Positions 16,016-23,852 of a stretch of DNA of 42,831 nt are shown here, one piece after another (the first letter of the stretch is position 1; every line of letters begins with the position of its first letter). The notes beneath the pieces are model-generated. The model saw only the letters and a program-made list of their open reading frames with translations. It was not told the origin of the DNA and did not search any database. The translations under genes were made by a program, and so were the position numbers. The stretch covers positions 1 to 42,831 of the forward strand of contig JBPYFE010000108.1 of assembly GCA_051986525.1 (NCBI GenBank). The letters run 5' to 3'. Origin of the DNA: Gaiellaceae bacterium (GTDB taxonomy: Bacteria; Actinomycetota; Thermoleophilia; Gaiellales; Gaiellaceae).

Positions 16016-17259
16016 TGGCCGTCCCAGCGGTGGAGTCCGGGCGCATCCGCGCGCGCGACGTCAGCCGCTCGTTCGAGATCCGGCTCGTCAAGGCGCGCTC
16101 GCTGAAGGAGACGCTGCTGCGCCGGTCGCTCCCTCCGAAGCGGGAGATCAAGGCGCTCCAGAGCGTCGACCTCGACGTCGCACCCGGCGAGACCTTCGGC
16201 GTCGTCGGCCAGAACGGTTCCGGGAAGTCGACGCTGCTGAAGCTGCTCGCGGGCGTCTTCGAGCCGAGCGGCGGCAGCCTCGACGTCGGCGGCCGCGTGG
16301 GGTCGCTGATCGAGGTCGGCGCCGGCTTCCACCCCGAGTTCACCGGGACCGAGAACGTCTACTTGAACGCCGCGATCCACGGGATCAGCCGCGCGCACGT
16401 CGACGAGCACCTCGACGACATCATCGCCTTCGCCGAGCTCGAGGACTTCGCCGACGTTCCCGTCAAGACCTACTCGACGGGGATGTTCATGCGGCTCGGC
16501 TTCTCGGTCGCGATGCACATCGAGCCGGACGTCCTGCTCGTCGACGAGGTGCTGGCGGTGGGCGACGAGGACTTCCAGCAGAAATGCTTCGGCCGGATCT
16601 GGGAGTTCAAGCGCGCCGGCGGCACGATCGTCTTCGTCTCGCACGACCCGCGCCAGGTCGAGCAGCTCTGCGACCACGCGATCCTGCTCGAGCACGGCAG
16701 CGTCGTGGAGCGCGGGACGGCCGAGGACGTGCTGCGCGCCTACCACCGCCGGCTCGCCGCGCGGCGGCCGGCCGTCCGCGACGAAGGAGCGATCGGACGT
16801 TCGTCGCAGGACTGCTCGATCCGCCAGGTGCGGGCGATCGCCGGCGACCAGACCGTGCGCGACCGGTTCCTCGAGGGCGAGCCGTTCGTCGTCGAGGCGT
16901 GGCTGAAGTCGGAGACCGGCCTCGAGGCCGCGCGCGTCGTCTTCACCTTCCGGCAGGAGAGCGGCCATCTGCTCGCGGTCCAGTCCGTGCCGGGCGTGAA
17001 CGTCCGCGCCGGGGAGCTGCGGGGAGTCCGCCTGCACCTGCACGAGCCGCCGATTCGGGACGGCCGCTTCACCGTCGGCGTCAGCGTCGTCACGCACGAC
17101 CGCGACCGCGAGCTCGCCGCCGCGGACCGCGCGCTCGAGCTGGCGCTGTTCGGCCGCGAGGGCACGGCCGACGGGCCGGTCCGGCTCGGAGCGACGTGGG
17201 AGCTGACCAGCCAGTCGCGGGCGGACGAGCCGGCGCAGGAAGCGGTCGGGCGGCCGTGA
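16015..17259 (+). CDS. Polysaccharide ABC exporter ATP-binding protein (Wzt/TagH-like) with a ~160-aa C-terminal beta-rich extension
   Basis: ATG 16015 shares one nt with the wzm stop (TGATG). Motifs are Walker A (GQNGSGKST), signature (YSTGM), Walker B (LLVDEVLAVGD) and H-loop (VSHD). Residues ~255-414 form an extra domain resembling Wzt C-terminal carbohydrate-binding modules. Confidence 0.9.
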   Translation: MAVPAVESGRIRARDVSRSFEIRLVKARSLKETLLRRSLPPKREIKALQSVDLDVAPGETFGVVGQNGSGKSTLLKLLAGVFEPSGGSLDVGGRVGSLIEVGAGFHPEFTGTENVYLNAAIHGISRAHVDEHLDDIIAFAELEDFADVPVKTYSTGMFMRLGFSVAMHIEPDVLLVDEVLAVGDEDFQQKCFGRIWEFKRAGGTIVFVSHDPRQVEQLCDHAILLEHGSVVERGTAEDVLRAYHRRLAARRPAVRDEGAIGRSSQDCSIRQVRAIAGDQTVRDRFLEGEPFVVEAWLKSETGLEAARVVFTFRQESGHLLAVQSVPGVNVRAGELRGVRLHLHEPPIRDGRFTVGVSVVTHDRDRELAAADRALELALFGREGTADGPVRLGATWELTSQSRADEPAQEAVGRP

Positions 17260-18287
17260 CCGAGCCGCTGCTCGTCCGCGCCTGCAGGCTCGAGCAGGTG
17301 GAGCGCACGCCCGTCTGGTTCATGCGCCAGGCCGGGCGCTCGCTTCCCGAGTACCGCGAGCTGCGCACGGACTACGGCCTCTTCGACATCGCCGGGCAGC
17401 CGGAGCTCTGCGCGGAGGTGACGCTCCAGCCGGTGCGCCGGCACGGCGTGGACGCCGCCGTGATGTTCGCGGACATCATGCTGCCGGTGCTCGGGATGGG
17501 CGTCGGCGTCGAGCTCGTCGAGAACGTCGGGCCCGTCGTTGCGCAGCCGATCGCCGGCGCCGCCGACGTCGAGCGGCTCCGCGTGCCCGAGCCGGAGGAG
17601 TCCGTGCCGGCCACGCTCGAGTCGATCCGGCTCGTCCGCGAGGCCCTGCGGCCCGACCAGGCGGTCGTCGGGTTCGCCGGCGGGCCGTTCACCGTCGCGG
17701 GCTACCTCGTCGAGGGCAAGCCGACGCGCGATTTCAAGACGACGAAGGCCTGCATGTACGGCTCGCCGGAGGTCTGGCACGCGCTGATGGAGAAGCTGAC
17801 GGAGACCTTCGGCCTCTACCTCCGCGGCTGCGTCCAGGCAGGCGCCGACGTCGTTCAGGTGTTCGACTCCTGGGTCGGCGCGCTCTCGGTCGACGACTAC
17901 CGCGAGTTCGTCGCGCCCTATTCGCGGCGGCTGCTCGCCTCGGTCGAGGCGCCTACGATCCACTTCGCGACCGGCGACGCGCACCTGCTGGAGGTGCGGC
18001 GGGACGCCCGCGGCGACGTGATCGGCGTCGATTGGCGCCTGCCGCTCGACTCCGCCTGGGAGCGGATCGGCCACGATCGCGGGATCCAGGGGAACCTGGA
18101 CGGCGTGCTTCTGCTCGGGCTGTGGGAGCGCGTCGAGCGCGAGGCCGAACGGGTGCTGGAGCGCGCGGGGGGCCGTCCGGGCCACATCTTCAACCTCGGC
18201 CACGGCGTCGTGCCGGAGACGAACCCGGACGATCTCGGGCGGCTCGTCGAGCTCGTCCACGAGCGGACGGCGAAGGCCGTCGCATGA
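17256..18287 (+). CDS. hemE: Uroporphyrinogen decarboxylase
   Basis: This is the real 3' part of ORF 16584-18287. GTG 17256 overlaps the wzt stop (GTGA). Motifs are PVWFMRQAGRSLPEYR, MFADIM, VVGFAGGPFT and IFNLGHG. Confidence 0.9.
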   Translation: MTEPLLVRACRLEQVERTPVWFMRQAGRSLPEYRELRTDYGLFDIAGQPELCAEVTLQPVRRHGVDAAVMFADIMLPVLGMGVGVELVENVGPVVAQPIAGAADVERLRVPEPEESVPATLESIRLVREALRPDQAVVGFAGGPFTVAGYLVEGKPTRDFKTTKACMYGSPEVWHALMEKLTETFGLYLRGCVQAGADVVQVFDSWVGALSVDDYREFVAPYSRRLLASVEAPTIHFATGDAHLLEVRRDARGDVIGVDWRLPLDSAWERIGHDRGIQGNLDGVLLLGLWERVEREAERVLERAGGRPGHIFNLGHGVVPETNPDDLGRLVELVHERTAKAVA

Positions 18288-19153
18288 GCACGGCGGTGAT
18301 CGCGATGGCGTACGGGAGCCCGCCGACCGAGGAGGACGTGCCCGCCTACCTCGCCGACATCCGCGAGGGCAAGCCGGTCTCGGACCAGGCCGTCGCGGAG
18401 CTGAAGGAGCGCTACCGGCGGATCGGCGGCCGCTCGCCGCTCGACGAGATCACGGAGCGCCAGCGAGCCGGGCTAGAGCGGGAGCTCGGCCTCCCGGTCT
18501 TCGTCGGCATGAAGCACTGGCAGCCGCGGATCGCAGAGGCGGTCGAGGCGGCGCTCGCCGGAGGCGCCGACACGATCGTCGGCCTCGTGCTGGCGCCGCA
18601 CTACTCGCGGCTCTCGATCGCGGGCTACCGGCAGCGGCTCGAGGACGCGCTTGGCGGCCGCGCCGAGCTCGTCTTCGTCGAGAGCTGGCACGACCACGAG
18701 CCGTTCATCGACGTCCTCGCCTCGCGGGTGCGCGGCTTCGACGGCCACGTCGTCTTCACCGCCCATTCGCTGCCGGAACGGATCCTGCGCGACGGCGACC
18801 CGTATCGCGACCAGTTGCTCGAGACGGCGCAGCTCGTCGCGGCCAGGGCCGGTCTCTCGGACTGGTCGTTCGCGTTCCAGAGCGCCAGCGCGACGGGCGA
18901 GCCGTGGCTCGGCCCCGACATCTTGGAGGAGCTCGAGCGGCTGGCGGCGAACGGTGTCCGTCGCGTGCTCGTCTGCCCCGTCGGCTTCGTCTCGGACCAC
19001 CTGGAGATCCTCTGGGACCTCGATGTCGAGGCGCGCGAGAAGGCGGCGGAGCTCGGGCTCGAGCTCGAGCGAATCCAGTCGCTGAACGACGACCCGGCCT
19101 TCGTCGCGTCGCTGGCGGAGCTCGTCCGCGACCGGACGGCGGTGAGCGCGTGA
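18284..19153 (+). CDS. hemH: Ferrochelatase (probably coproporphyrin ferrochelatase, CpfC type, given the actinobacterial context)
   Basis: This is the real 3' part of ORF 18032-19153. ATG 18284 overlaps the hemE stop (ATGA). Motifs are MAYGSP, LAPHYS, FTAHSLP and VGFVSDHLEILWDLD. The 289-aa product has no C-terminal Fe-S extension. Confidence 0.9.
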   Translation: MSTAVIAMAYGSPPTEEDVPAYLADIREGKPVSDQAVAELKERYRRIGGRSPLDEITERQRAGLERELGLPVFVGMKHWQPRIAEAVEAALAGGADTIVGLVLAPHYSRLSIAGYRQRLEDALGGRAELVFVESWHDHEPFIDVLASRVRGFDGHVVFTAHSLPERILRDGDPYRDQLLETAQLVAARAGLSDWSFAFQSASATGEPWLGPDILEELERLAANGVRRVLVCPVGFVSDHLEILWDLDVEAREKAAELGLELERIQSLNDDPAFVASLAELVRDRTAVSA

Positions 19154-19422
19154 GCTCGCGGACGTGTCCGGATTGGCCGAGGCTGATGGAGATCGCCCCC
19201 GATCTCCAGTTCATGCATTACACCGTCGCCGAGGCGCAGCTTCCGGCCGAGGCCCTGATGAAGCTGGAGGGCGTTTCGCTCGACGAGGTGGCGATCTGCT
19301 GCGACCTCGAGCACCACGTCTTCAACCCGGAGCACACTGACCCGCGCCTTGCAGGCGCCCTGCGCGAGACGCACTGGTTCGACCTGCGCGAGTGGGTGCA
19401 GCGCGGGCCGGGATCCGTCTAG
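19150..19422 (+). CDS. Hypothetical 90-aa protein, translationally coupled to hemH
   Basis: GTG 19150 overlaps the hemH stop (GTGA). It is in the frame of ORF 18904-19422 and has high GC3. The sequence (VSSRTCPDWPRLMEIAPDLQFMHYTV...AICCDLEHHVF...) belongs to no family I recognise. An in-frame ATG (MEIAPD) is an alternative start. Confidence 0.5.
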   Translation: MSSRTCPDWPRLMEIAPDLQFMHYTVAEAQLPAEALMKLEGVSLDEVAICCDLEHHVFNPEHTDPRLAGALRETHWFDLREWVQRGPGSV

Positions 19423-21044
19423 CCGCGCAGCGCCAGGATCGCCGCGAGCGGCTGCGTGTTGAGGACGTCGGCGGCGCCCGCCCAGCCGCGGCGTGCGGTT
19501 GCGACGGCGTTGCGCATGTTCGCGAGCCCGCGGATCGAGTGTGCGTCCGTGTTGCAGACGATCGGCACGCCGGCCTCGACCGCGAGCCGGACGTGCTCGT
19601 CGCGCAGGTCGAGCCGGTCGGGCAGCCCGTTCGTCTCCAGCGCCTTCCCGTGCCGCTTCGCGGTCTCGACCACGGCTTCGAGGTCGACCGCATTCGGCGG
19701 CCGGCGGCCGATGTAGCGCCCGGTCGGATGGCTGAGCGCCGAGACGTACGGGTTCTCGAGCGCCGAGACCGACCGCTTCGTCAGCTGCTCGCTGGTCCCG
19801 CGCTGGCCGCCGTGGACACTCGCCTGCACCCAGTCGAGCTCGGCGAGGACGTCGTCCGGCAGGTCGAGCTCGCCGCTGGGGAGGATGTCGCACTCGATCC
19901 CGGCGAGAACGCGGAACGGCGCGAGCTTCTCGTTCGCGGCAGCGATCTCCTCCGCCTGGCGGCGGACGAGGTCCGGGGTCAGGCCGGGGACGGCGCCGAC
20001 GGCCGGGGAGTGGTCGCAGATCGCGAGGTACTCGTAGCCGAGCTCCTTCGCGGCCAGGCCCATGTCGTAGACGCTCTCACGGCCGTCCGACCACGTCGTG
20101 TGGCAGTGGAGGTCGCCGCGGATCTCGTCGAGCGTGACGAGCGGCGGCGGCTCGTCCCGGAACGGCTGCTCGCGAAGCTCCGGCGGGCAGTACGGGATGC
20201 CGAGCTGCGCATAGACGGCGGCCTCGTCGAAGCCGTCGGGCAGCGGCTCGAGCGCGGAGACGTAGGGCTGCGAGCCGGTGGCGCGGATCAGCTCGGTGCC
20301 GAACCGCTCCCGCGGCGCGACGATCAGCTCGACCGGGATCCCCTCGACGGTGACGCCGACGGCGCGGTCCTCGCGTCGCTCCAGGACCGTGACGATCGCC
20401 GGCAGCCGCTCGAACTCGTCGAGCAGCGGCTTCGGGCCGTCGGCGCACGCGACGACCGCGAGCCGCTCGGACGAGTCCCGGAAACGGCGCGGGTCGCCGG
20501 CGACCTCCGCGCCGAACGGTGCGGCGATCGTCTCCGAGAGCGTCCAGGCGCGGTTGATCAGGAGCCCGCGCCGCGGGCGGGGCTGCTCGGAGGCGCGCAG
20601 CGCTTCGCGGAGCTTCCGCTCGGTCTGAGGCCCGATTCCCGGCACCTCCTGCAGCCGGCCCGCCTCCGCCGCCGCGCGGAAGTCGTCGAGGGTGGAGATG
20701 CCGAGCGCGCGGCCGATCTCGACCCCGCGGCTCGCCCCGATCCCGAGCAGCCGGCCGAGCCCGATCAGCTCGGGCGAGAGCTCGCGCTCGAGCTCGGCGA
20801 GCTCCTGGATGTCGCCGGTCTCGACGAGCTCGCGGAGCTTTCCCTCGATTCCCGGGCCGATGCCGCGAAGCTCGCGCGCGCGCCCGGCGCGGACGAGCTC
20901 CGCCACCGAGACCGGCGTGGAGCGGATCACCTCGGCCGCGCGGCGATACGCGCGCACCGCGTGGTACTGCGCGTCCGAGAGCTCGAGCAGCGCCGCGAAG
21001 GCCTCGAGCCGGTCGGCGAGAGCTGCGTTGTCGGGTACGGCCAC
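19419..21044 (-). CDS. polX: DNA polymerase/3'-5' exonuclease PolX (Pol beta-like N-terminus + PHP domain)
   Basis: This is the real 3' part of ORF 19419-21623, with GTG at 21044. The N-terminus (NAALADRLEAFAALLELSDAQYHAVRAYRRAAEVI) and HhH repeats (LRGIGPGIEGKL; VPGIGPQTERKL) are PolX-like. The C-terminal PHP motifs are GDLHCHTTWSDG, ICDHS and CNTDAH. Confidence 0.85.
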   Translation of the reverse strand: MAVPDNAALADRLEAFAALLELSDAQYHAVRAYRRAAEVIRSTPVSVAELVRAGRARELRGIGPGIEGKLRELVETGDIQELAELERELSPELIGLGRLLGIGASRGVEIGRALGISTLDDFRAAAEAGRLQEVPGIGPQTERKLREALRASEQPRPRRGLLINRAWTLSETIAAPFGAEVAGDPRRFRDSSERLAVVACADGPKPLLDEFERLPAIVTVLERREDRAVGVTVEGIPVELIVAPRERFGTELIRATGSQPYVSALEPLPDGFDEAAVYAQLGIPYCPPELREQPFRDEPPPLVTLDEIRGDLHCHTTWSDGRESVYDMGLAAKELGYEYLAICDHSPAVGAVPGLTPDLVRRQAEEIAAANEKLAPFRVLAGIECDILPSGELDLPDDVLAELDWVQASVHGGQRGTSEQLTKRSVSALENPYVSALSHPTGRYIGRRPPNAVDLEAVVETAKRHGKALETNGLPDRLDLRDEHVRLAVEAGVPIVCNTDAHSIRGLANMRNAVATARRGWAGAADVLNTQPLAAILALRG

Positions 21045-21062
21045 CGCGGTAGTGTCCTGGAC

Positions 21063-21587
21063 GTGCCGACGACCGTGATCCCGTTCCGCGGCGACGACGC
21101 GAAGCAGCGGCTGCCGGCCGCGATTCGCGCCGAGCTCGCCCGCGCGATGCTCGCCGACGTCGTGGCCGCGGCCGAGGAGATCGGCACGACGCTCGTCGCC
21201 GACGCCCCCGGTCAAGGCGTCGCCGTCGAGGCGGCGCTCCGGAACGCGCACGAGCTCCCGGTGCTCGTCGTCAACGCCGATGTGCCGGCGGTGACGCCGC
21301 GCGACCTGCTGACGCTGCTCGGCTCGATCCCGCCGGACGGGCTCGCCGTCGCAGCTGCGGCCGACGGGACGACCAACGCGCTCGCGCTCGCGACGCCGGC
21401 GCTGTTCGAGCCGCTGTACGGGCCGGGGAGCGCCGCGCGGTTCCTCGAGCTCGCGCCGTCGCGCCTGGTCGAGATCCCGAACCTCGCCGACGACGTCGAC
21501 ACGCTCGACGATCTCCGGCGGCTCGAGGGCCGGCTCGGACGGCACACACGCAGGGCGCTGGATTCGCTCGCCGCCGCCGCGAGATGA
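21063..21587 (+). CDS. cofC: 2-phospho-L-lactate (or PEP) guanylyltransferase, CofC/FbiD
   Basis: This is the real 3' part of shadow ORF 19392-21587. GTG is at 21063, with GTG 21075 as an alternative. Motifs are VIPFRGDDAKQRL, LVVNADVPAVT and DGTTNAL. At 174 aa it is compact for the family. It lies directly upstream of cofD. Confidence 0.75.
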   Translation: MPTTVIPFRGDDAKQRLPAAIRAELARAMLADVVAAAEEIGTTLVADAPGQGVAVEAALRNAHELPVLVVNADVPAVTPRDLLTLLGSIPPDGLAVAAAADGTTNALALATPALFEPLYGPGSAARFLELAPSRLVEIPNLADDVDTLDDLRRLEGRLGRHTRRALDSLAAAAR

Positions 21588-22513
21588 GGGTCGTCGTCCT
21601 CGCCGGCGGCGTCGGCGGCGCACGATTCGTCCAGACGCTCTCGGAGGTCGTCGACCCGCACGAGATCACGGTCGTCGCGAATGTCGGCGACGACCTCGAG
21701 GTGCACGGGCTCCACGTCTCGCCGGACCTGGACACGCTGCTCTACACGCTCGGCGGTCTCGCCGACGAGGAGCGCGGCTGGGGCCGGGCGGACGAGACCT
21801 GGAACGCGCTCGCGACGGTGCGCGAGCTCGGCGGCGAGGCGTGGTTCCAGCTCGGCGACCGAGATCTCGGCCTCCACCTCGTGCGCACCGCGGCTCTGCG
21901 CCGCGGCGAGCCTCTTTCGGCCGTGACTGCGGCGCTCGCGCGGGCGGTCGGCCTCGAGCCGACGCTGCTCCCGGCCACCGACGACAGGCTGCGCACGAAG
22001 CTGCGCACGCCGGCGGGCGAGCTCGAGTTCCAGGAGTGGTTCGTCGCGCGGGGCCACCGCGACCGGGTGGACGAGGTCGTGTACGAGGGCGCGGACCGTG
22101 CCGCGCCGGCGCCCGGCGTGCTCGCGGCGCTCGGGGATGCCGAGTTGATCGCGATCGCGCCGAGCAACCCGTTCGTCAGCATCGGCCCGATCCTCGCCGT
22201 CGAGCCGATCCGCGAGGCGCTCGCGCGCCGGCGGGAGCACGTCGTCGCGGTCAGCCCACTGATCGACGGCCACGCCGTCAAGGGACCGGCCGAGGCGATG
22301 TTCAGGAGCCTCGCGGGCGGGACCGGCCCCCGGCAAGTAACAGACTGTTACAAGGGGCTGATCGGCGCGCTCGTCCTCGACGAGGCGGACGCGGACGGGG
22401 CCGCCGAGGTCGAGGCGCGCGGCGTCAAGCCGCTCGTCACGCGGACGCTGATGTCGGACTCCGTGGCGCGCCGGGCGCTCGCCGAGACGGTTCTCGGCCT
22501 GGTCGCGGCGTGA
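21584..22513 (+). CDS. cofD: 2-phospho-L-lactate transferase (F420-0 synthase), CofD/FbiA
   Basis: 309-aa ORF. ATG 21584 overlaps the cofC stop (ATGA). Motifs are VVLAGGVGGARF, GDDLEVHGLHVSPDLDT and IAPSNPFVSIGPIL. Confidence 0.9.
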   Translation: MRVVVLAGGVGGARFVQTLSEVVDPHEITVVANVGDDLEVHGLHVSPDLDTLLYTLGGLADEERGWGRADETWNALATVRELGGEAWFQLGDRDLGLHLVRTAALRRGEPLSAVTAALARAVGLEPTLLPATDDRLRTKLRTPAGELEFQEWFVARGHRDRVDEVVYEGADRAAPAPGVLAALGDAELIAIAPSNPFVSIGPILAVEPIREALARRREHVVAVSPLIDGHAVKGPAEAMFRSLAGGTGPRQVTDCYKGLIGALVLDEADADGAAEVEARGVKPLVTRTLMSDSVARRALAETVLGLVAA

Positions 22514-23130
22514 AGGTCGCGATCGTCGGCGGCACGGGCGCCTTCGGCCGCGCGCTCGCGGCGCGGCTGCGCGACCTGGAGTTCGACGTCGCCGTCGGCT
22601 CGCGCGACCGCGAGCGCGGCTGGGAACGCGGCGTCGAGCTCGGCGTTCGCGGCGGCAGCAACGCCGAGATCGTCGCCGACGCGGATCTCGTCGTCCTCGC
22701 AGTCAAGTCGAACGCCGCGATCGACACCGCCCGCGAGCTCGCCGAGGCGATCGGCGAGACGCCGGTTCTCTGCGTCGCCAGCGACCTCGCCTTCACCGAC
22801 AACGGCGTGCTCCCCGGGCGCGACGAGCGCTCGTTGGCCGAGGAGCTCGCCGAGGCGATCCCCGCGCCCGTCGCCTCGGGCCTGCAGTCGGTGTCCGCCG
22901 TCGAGCTCGCGGCGAACAACCTCGCGGAGCAGGACGCGCTCATCTGCGGCGACGACGAGCGGGCGAAGCTGGCGGCGCTCGAGCTCGCCGGCAAGCTCGT
23001 CGGCGGCCGCGCGATCGACGTCGGGCCGCTGGCGAACTCGCGCGCGCTCGAGGCGATGACCGCCGTGATCCTCAACGTGAACAAGCGGTACAAGGCGCAC
23101 GCGGGGGTCCGGCTGACCGGGCTGCCCTGA
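22510..23130 (+). CDS. npdG: NADPH-dependent F420 reductase (NpdG/Fno-like)
   Basis: This is the real 3' part of ORF 21841-23130. GTG 22510 overlaps the cofD stop (GTGA). It has a Rossmann motif (VAIVGGTGAFGRALA) and the C-terminal segment LEAMTAVILNVNKRY. Confidence 0.8.
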   Translation: MKVAIVGGTGAFGRALAARLRDLEFDVAVGSRDRERGWERGVELGVRGGSNAEIVADADLVVLAVKSNAAIDTARELAEAIGETPVLCVASDLAFTDNGVLPGRDERSLAEELAEAIPAPVASGLQSVSAVELAANNLAEQDALICGDDERAKLAALELAGKLVGGRAIDVGPLANSRALEAMTAVILNVNKRYKAHAGVRLTGLP

Positions 23131-23852
23131 ACGAGCTCCGCGTCATTCCGGTCGAGGGGCTGCCGGAGATCGCCGAGGGCGACGATCTCGCGGCCCTGAT
23201 CTCGGCCGCGGTCGAGCTCGCGGACGGCGACGTCGTCGTCGTAGCGCAGAAGGCCGTTTCCAAGTCGGAAGGGCGGGTCGTCGCGCTCGCGGAGGTCGAG
23301 CCGTCTGCGCAGGCGCGAGACCTCGCCGCTGACGAGGACGCGCGCAGGCTCGAAGTGATCCTGCGCGAGAGCGCCCGCCTCGTCCGGACCCGTCCGCCGC
23401 TCGTGATCGCGGAGACTCGCCACGGCTTCGTCTGCGCCTCGGCCGGAGTGGACGCCTCGAACGCTGCCGGGCCGGACACGGTCGTCCTGCTCCCGGTCGA
23501 TCCGGACGCGTCGGCGGAGCGGCTGCGGGGCGGGCTGCGGCGTCTCGGCGCCGATGTCGCCGTGATCGTCTCCGACTCGTTCGGTCGAGCCTGGCGCCAG
23601 GGGACGACGGACGTCGCAATCGGCTGCTCCGGGCTGGCGCCGCTGCTCGACCTGAACGGCGTCCGCGACCGCAACGGCTACGAGCTGCATGCGACCGTGA
23701 TCGCCGTCGCGGACGAGCTCGCTGGCGCGGCTCAGCTCGTGATGGGGAAGACGGACGGGATCCCCGTCGCGGTCGTCCGCGGGTTTCAGGCGCGCGGCTC
23801 GGGCGCCGCGCGTGAGATCGTGATGCCTCCGGAACGCGACCTCTTCCGCTGA
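23127..23852 (+). CDS. cofE: Coenzyme F420-0:L-glutamate ligase, single-domain CofE; apparent CTG start
   Basis: The track ORF starts at GTG 23355, but the frame is open from 23070. Nt 23127-23354 encode the conserved CofE N-terminus (NELRVIPVEGLPEIAEGDDLAALI...DGDVVVVAQKAVSKSEGR). There is no ATG/GTG/TTG in 23070-23354. CTG 23127 overlaps the npdG stop (CTGA). Downstream motifs: ETRHGFVCASAGVDASN and DSFGRAWRQG. Confidence 0.8.
   Translation: MNELRVIPVEGLPEIAEGDDLAALISAAVELADGDVVVVAQKAVSKSEGRVVALAEVEPSAQARDLAADEDARRLEVILRESARLVRTRPPLVIAETRHGFVCASAGVDASNAAGPDTVVLLPVDPDASAERLRGGLRRLGADVAVIVSDSFGRAWRQGTTDVAIGCSGLAPLLDLNGVRDRNGYELHATVIAVADELAGAAQLVMGKTDGIPVAVVRGFQARGSGAAREIVMPPERDLFR

Noticed and set aside
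18284-19153. Ferrochelatase as a truncated gene or pseudogene, being 289 aa when many homologs are 310-370 aa.
   Set aside because: All core motifs are present from the N-terminal AYGSP to the C-terminal DHLEILWDLD and DDP segment. The reading frame is intact and coupled on both sides. The shortness is explained by the absence of the optional C-terminal extension.
19419-21044. PolX considered as part of a novel defence or repair island with neighbouring genes.
   Set aside because: It is a stand-alone, convergently and divergently oriented housekeeping-type gene between heme and F420 operons. No nuclease, helicase or sensor partners are adjacent.
19392-21623. A 731-aa plus ORF and the 734-aa full-length version of the minus ORF spanning the PolX/cofC region.
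   Set aside because: The plus ORF is antisense to PolX for most of its length, and only its last 174 codons are CofC-like. The first ~190 codons of the minus ORF are antisense to cofC and Arg-rich. PolX homology begins at GTG 21044.
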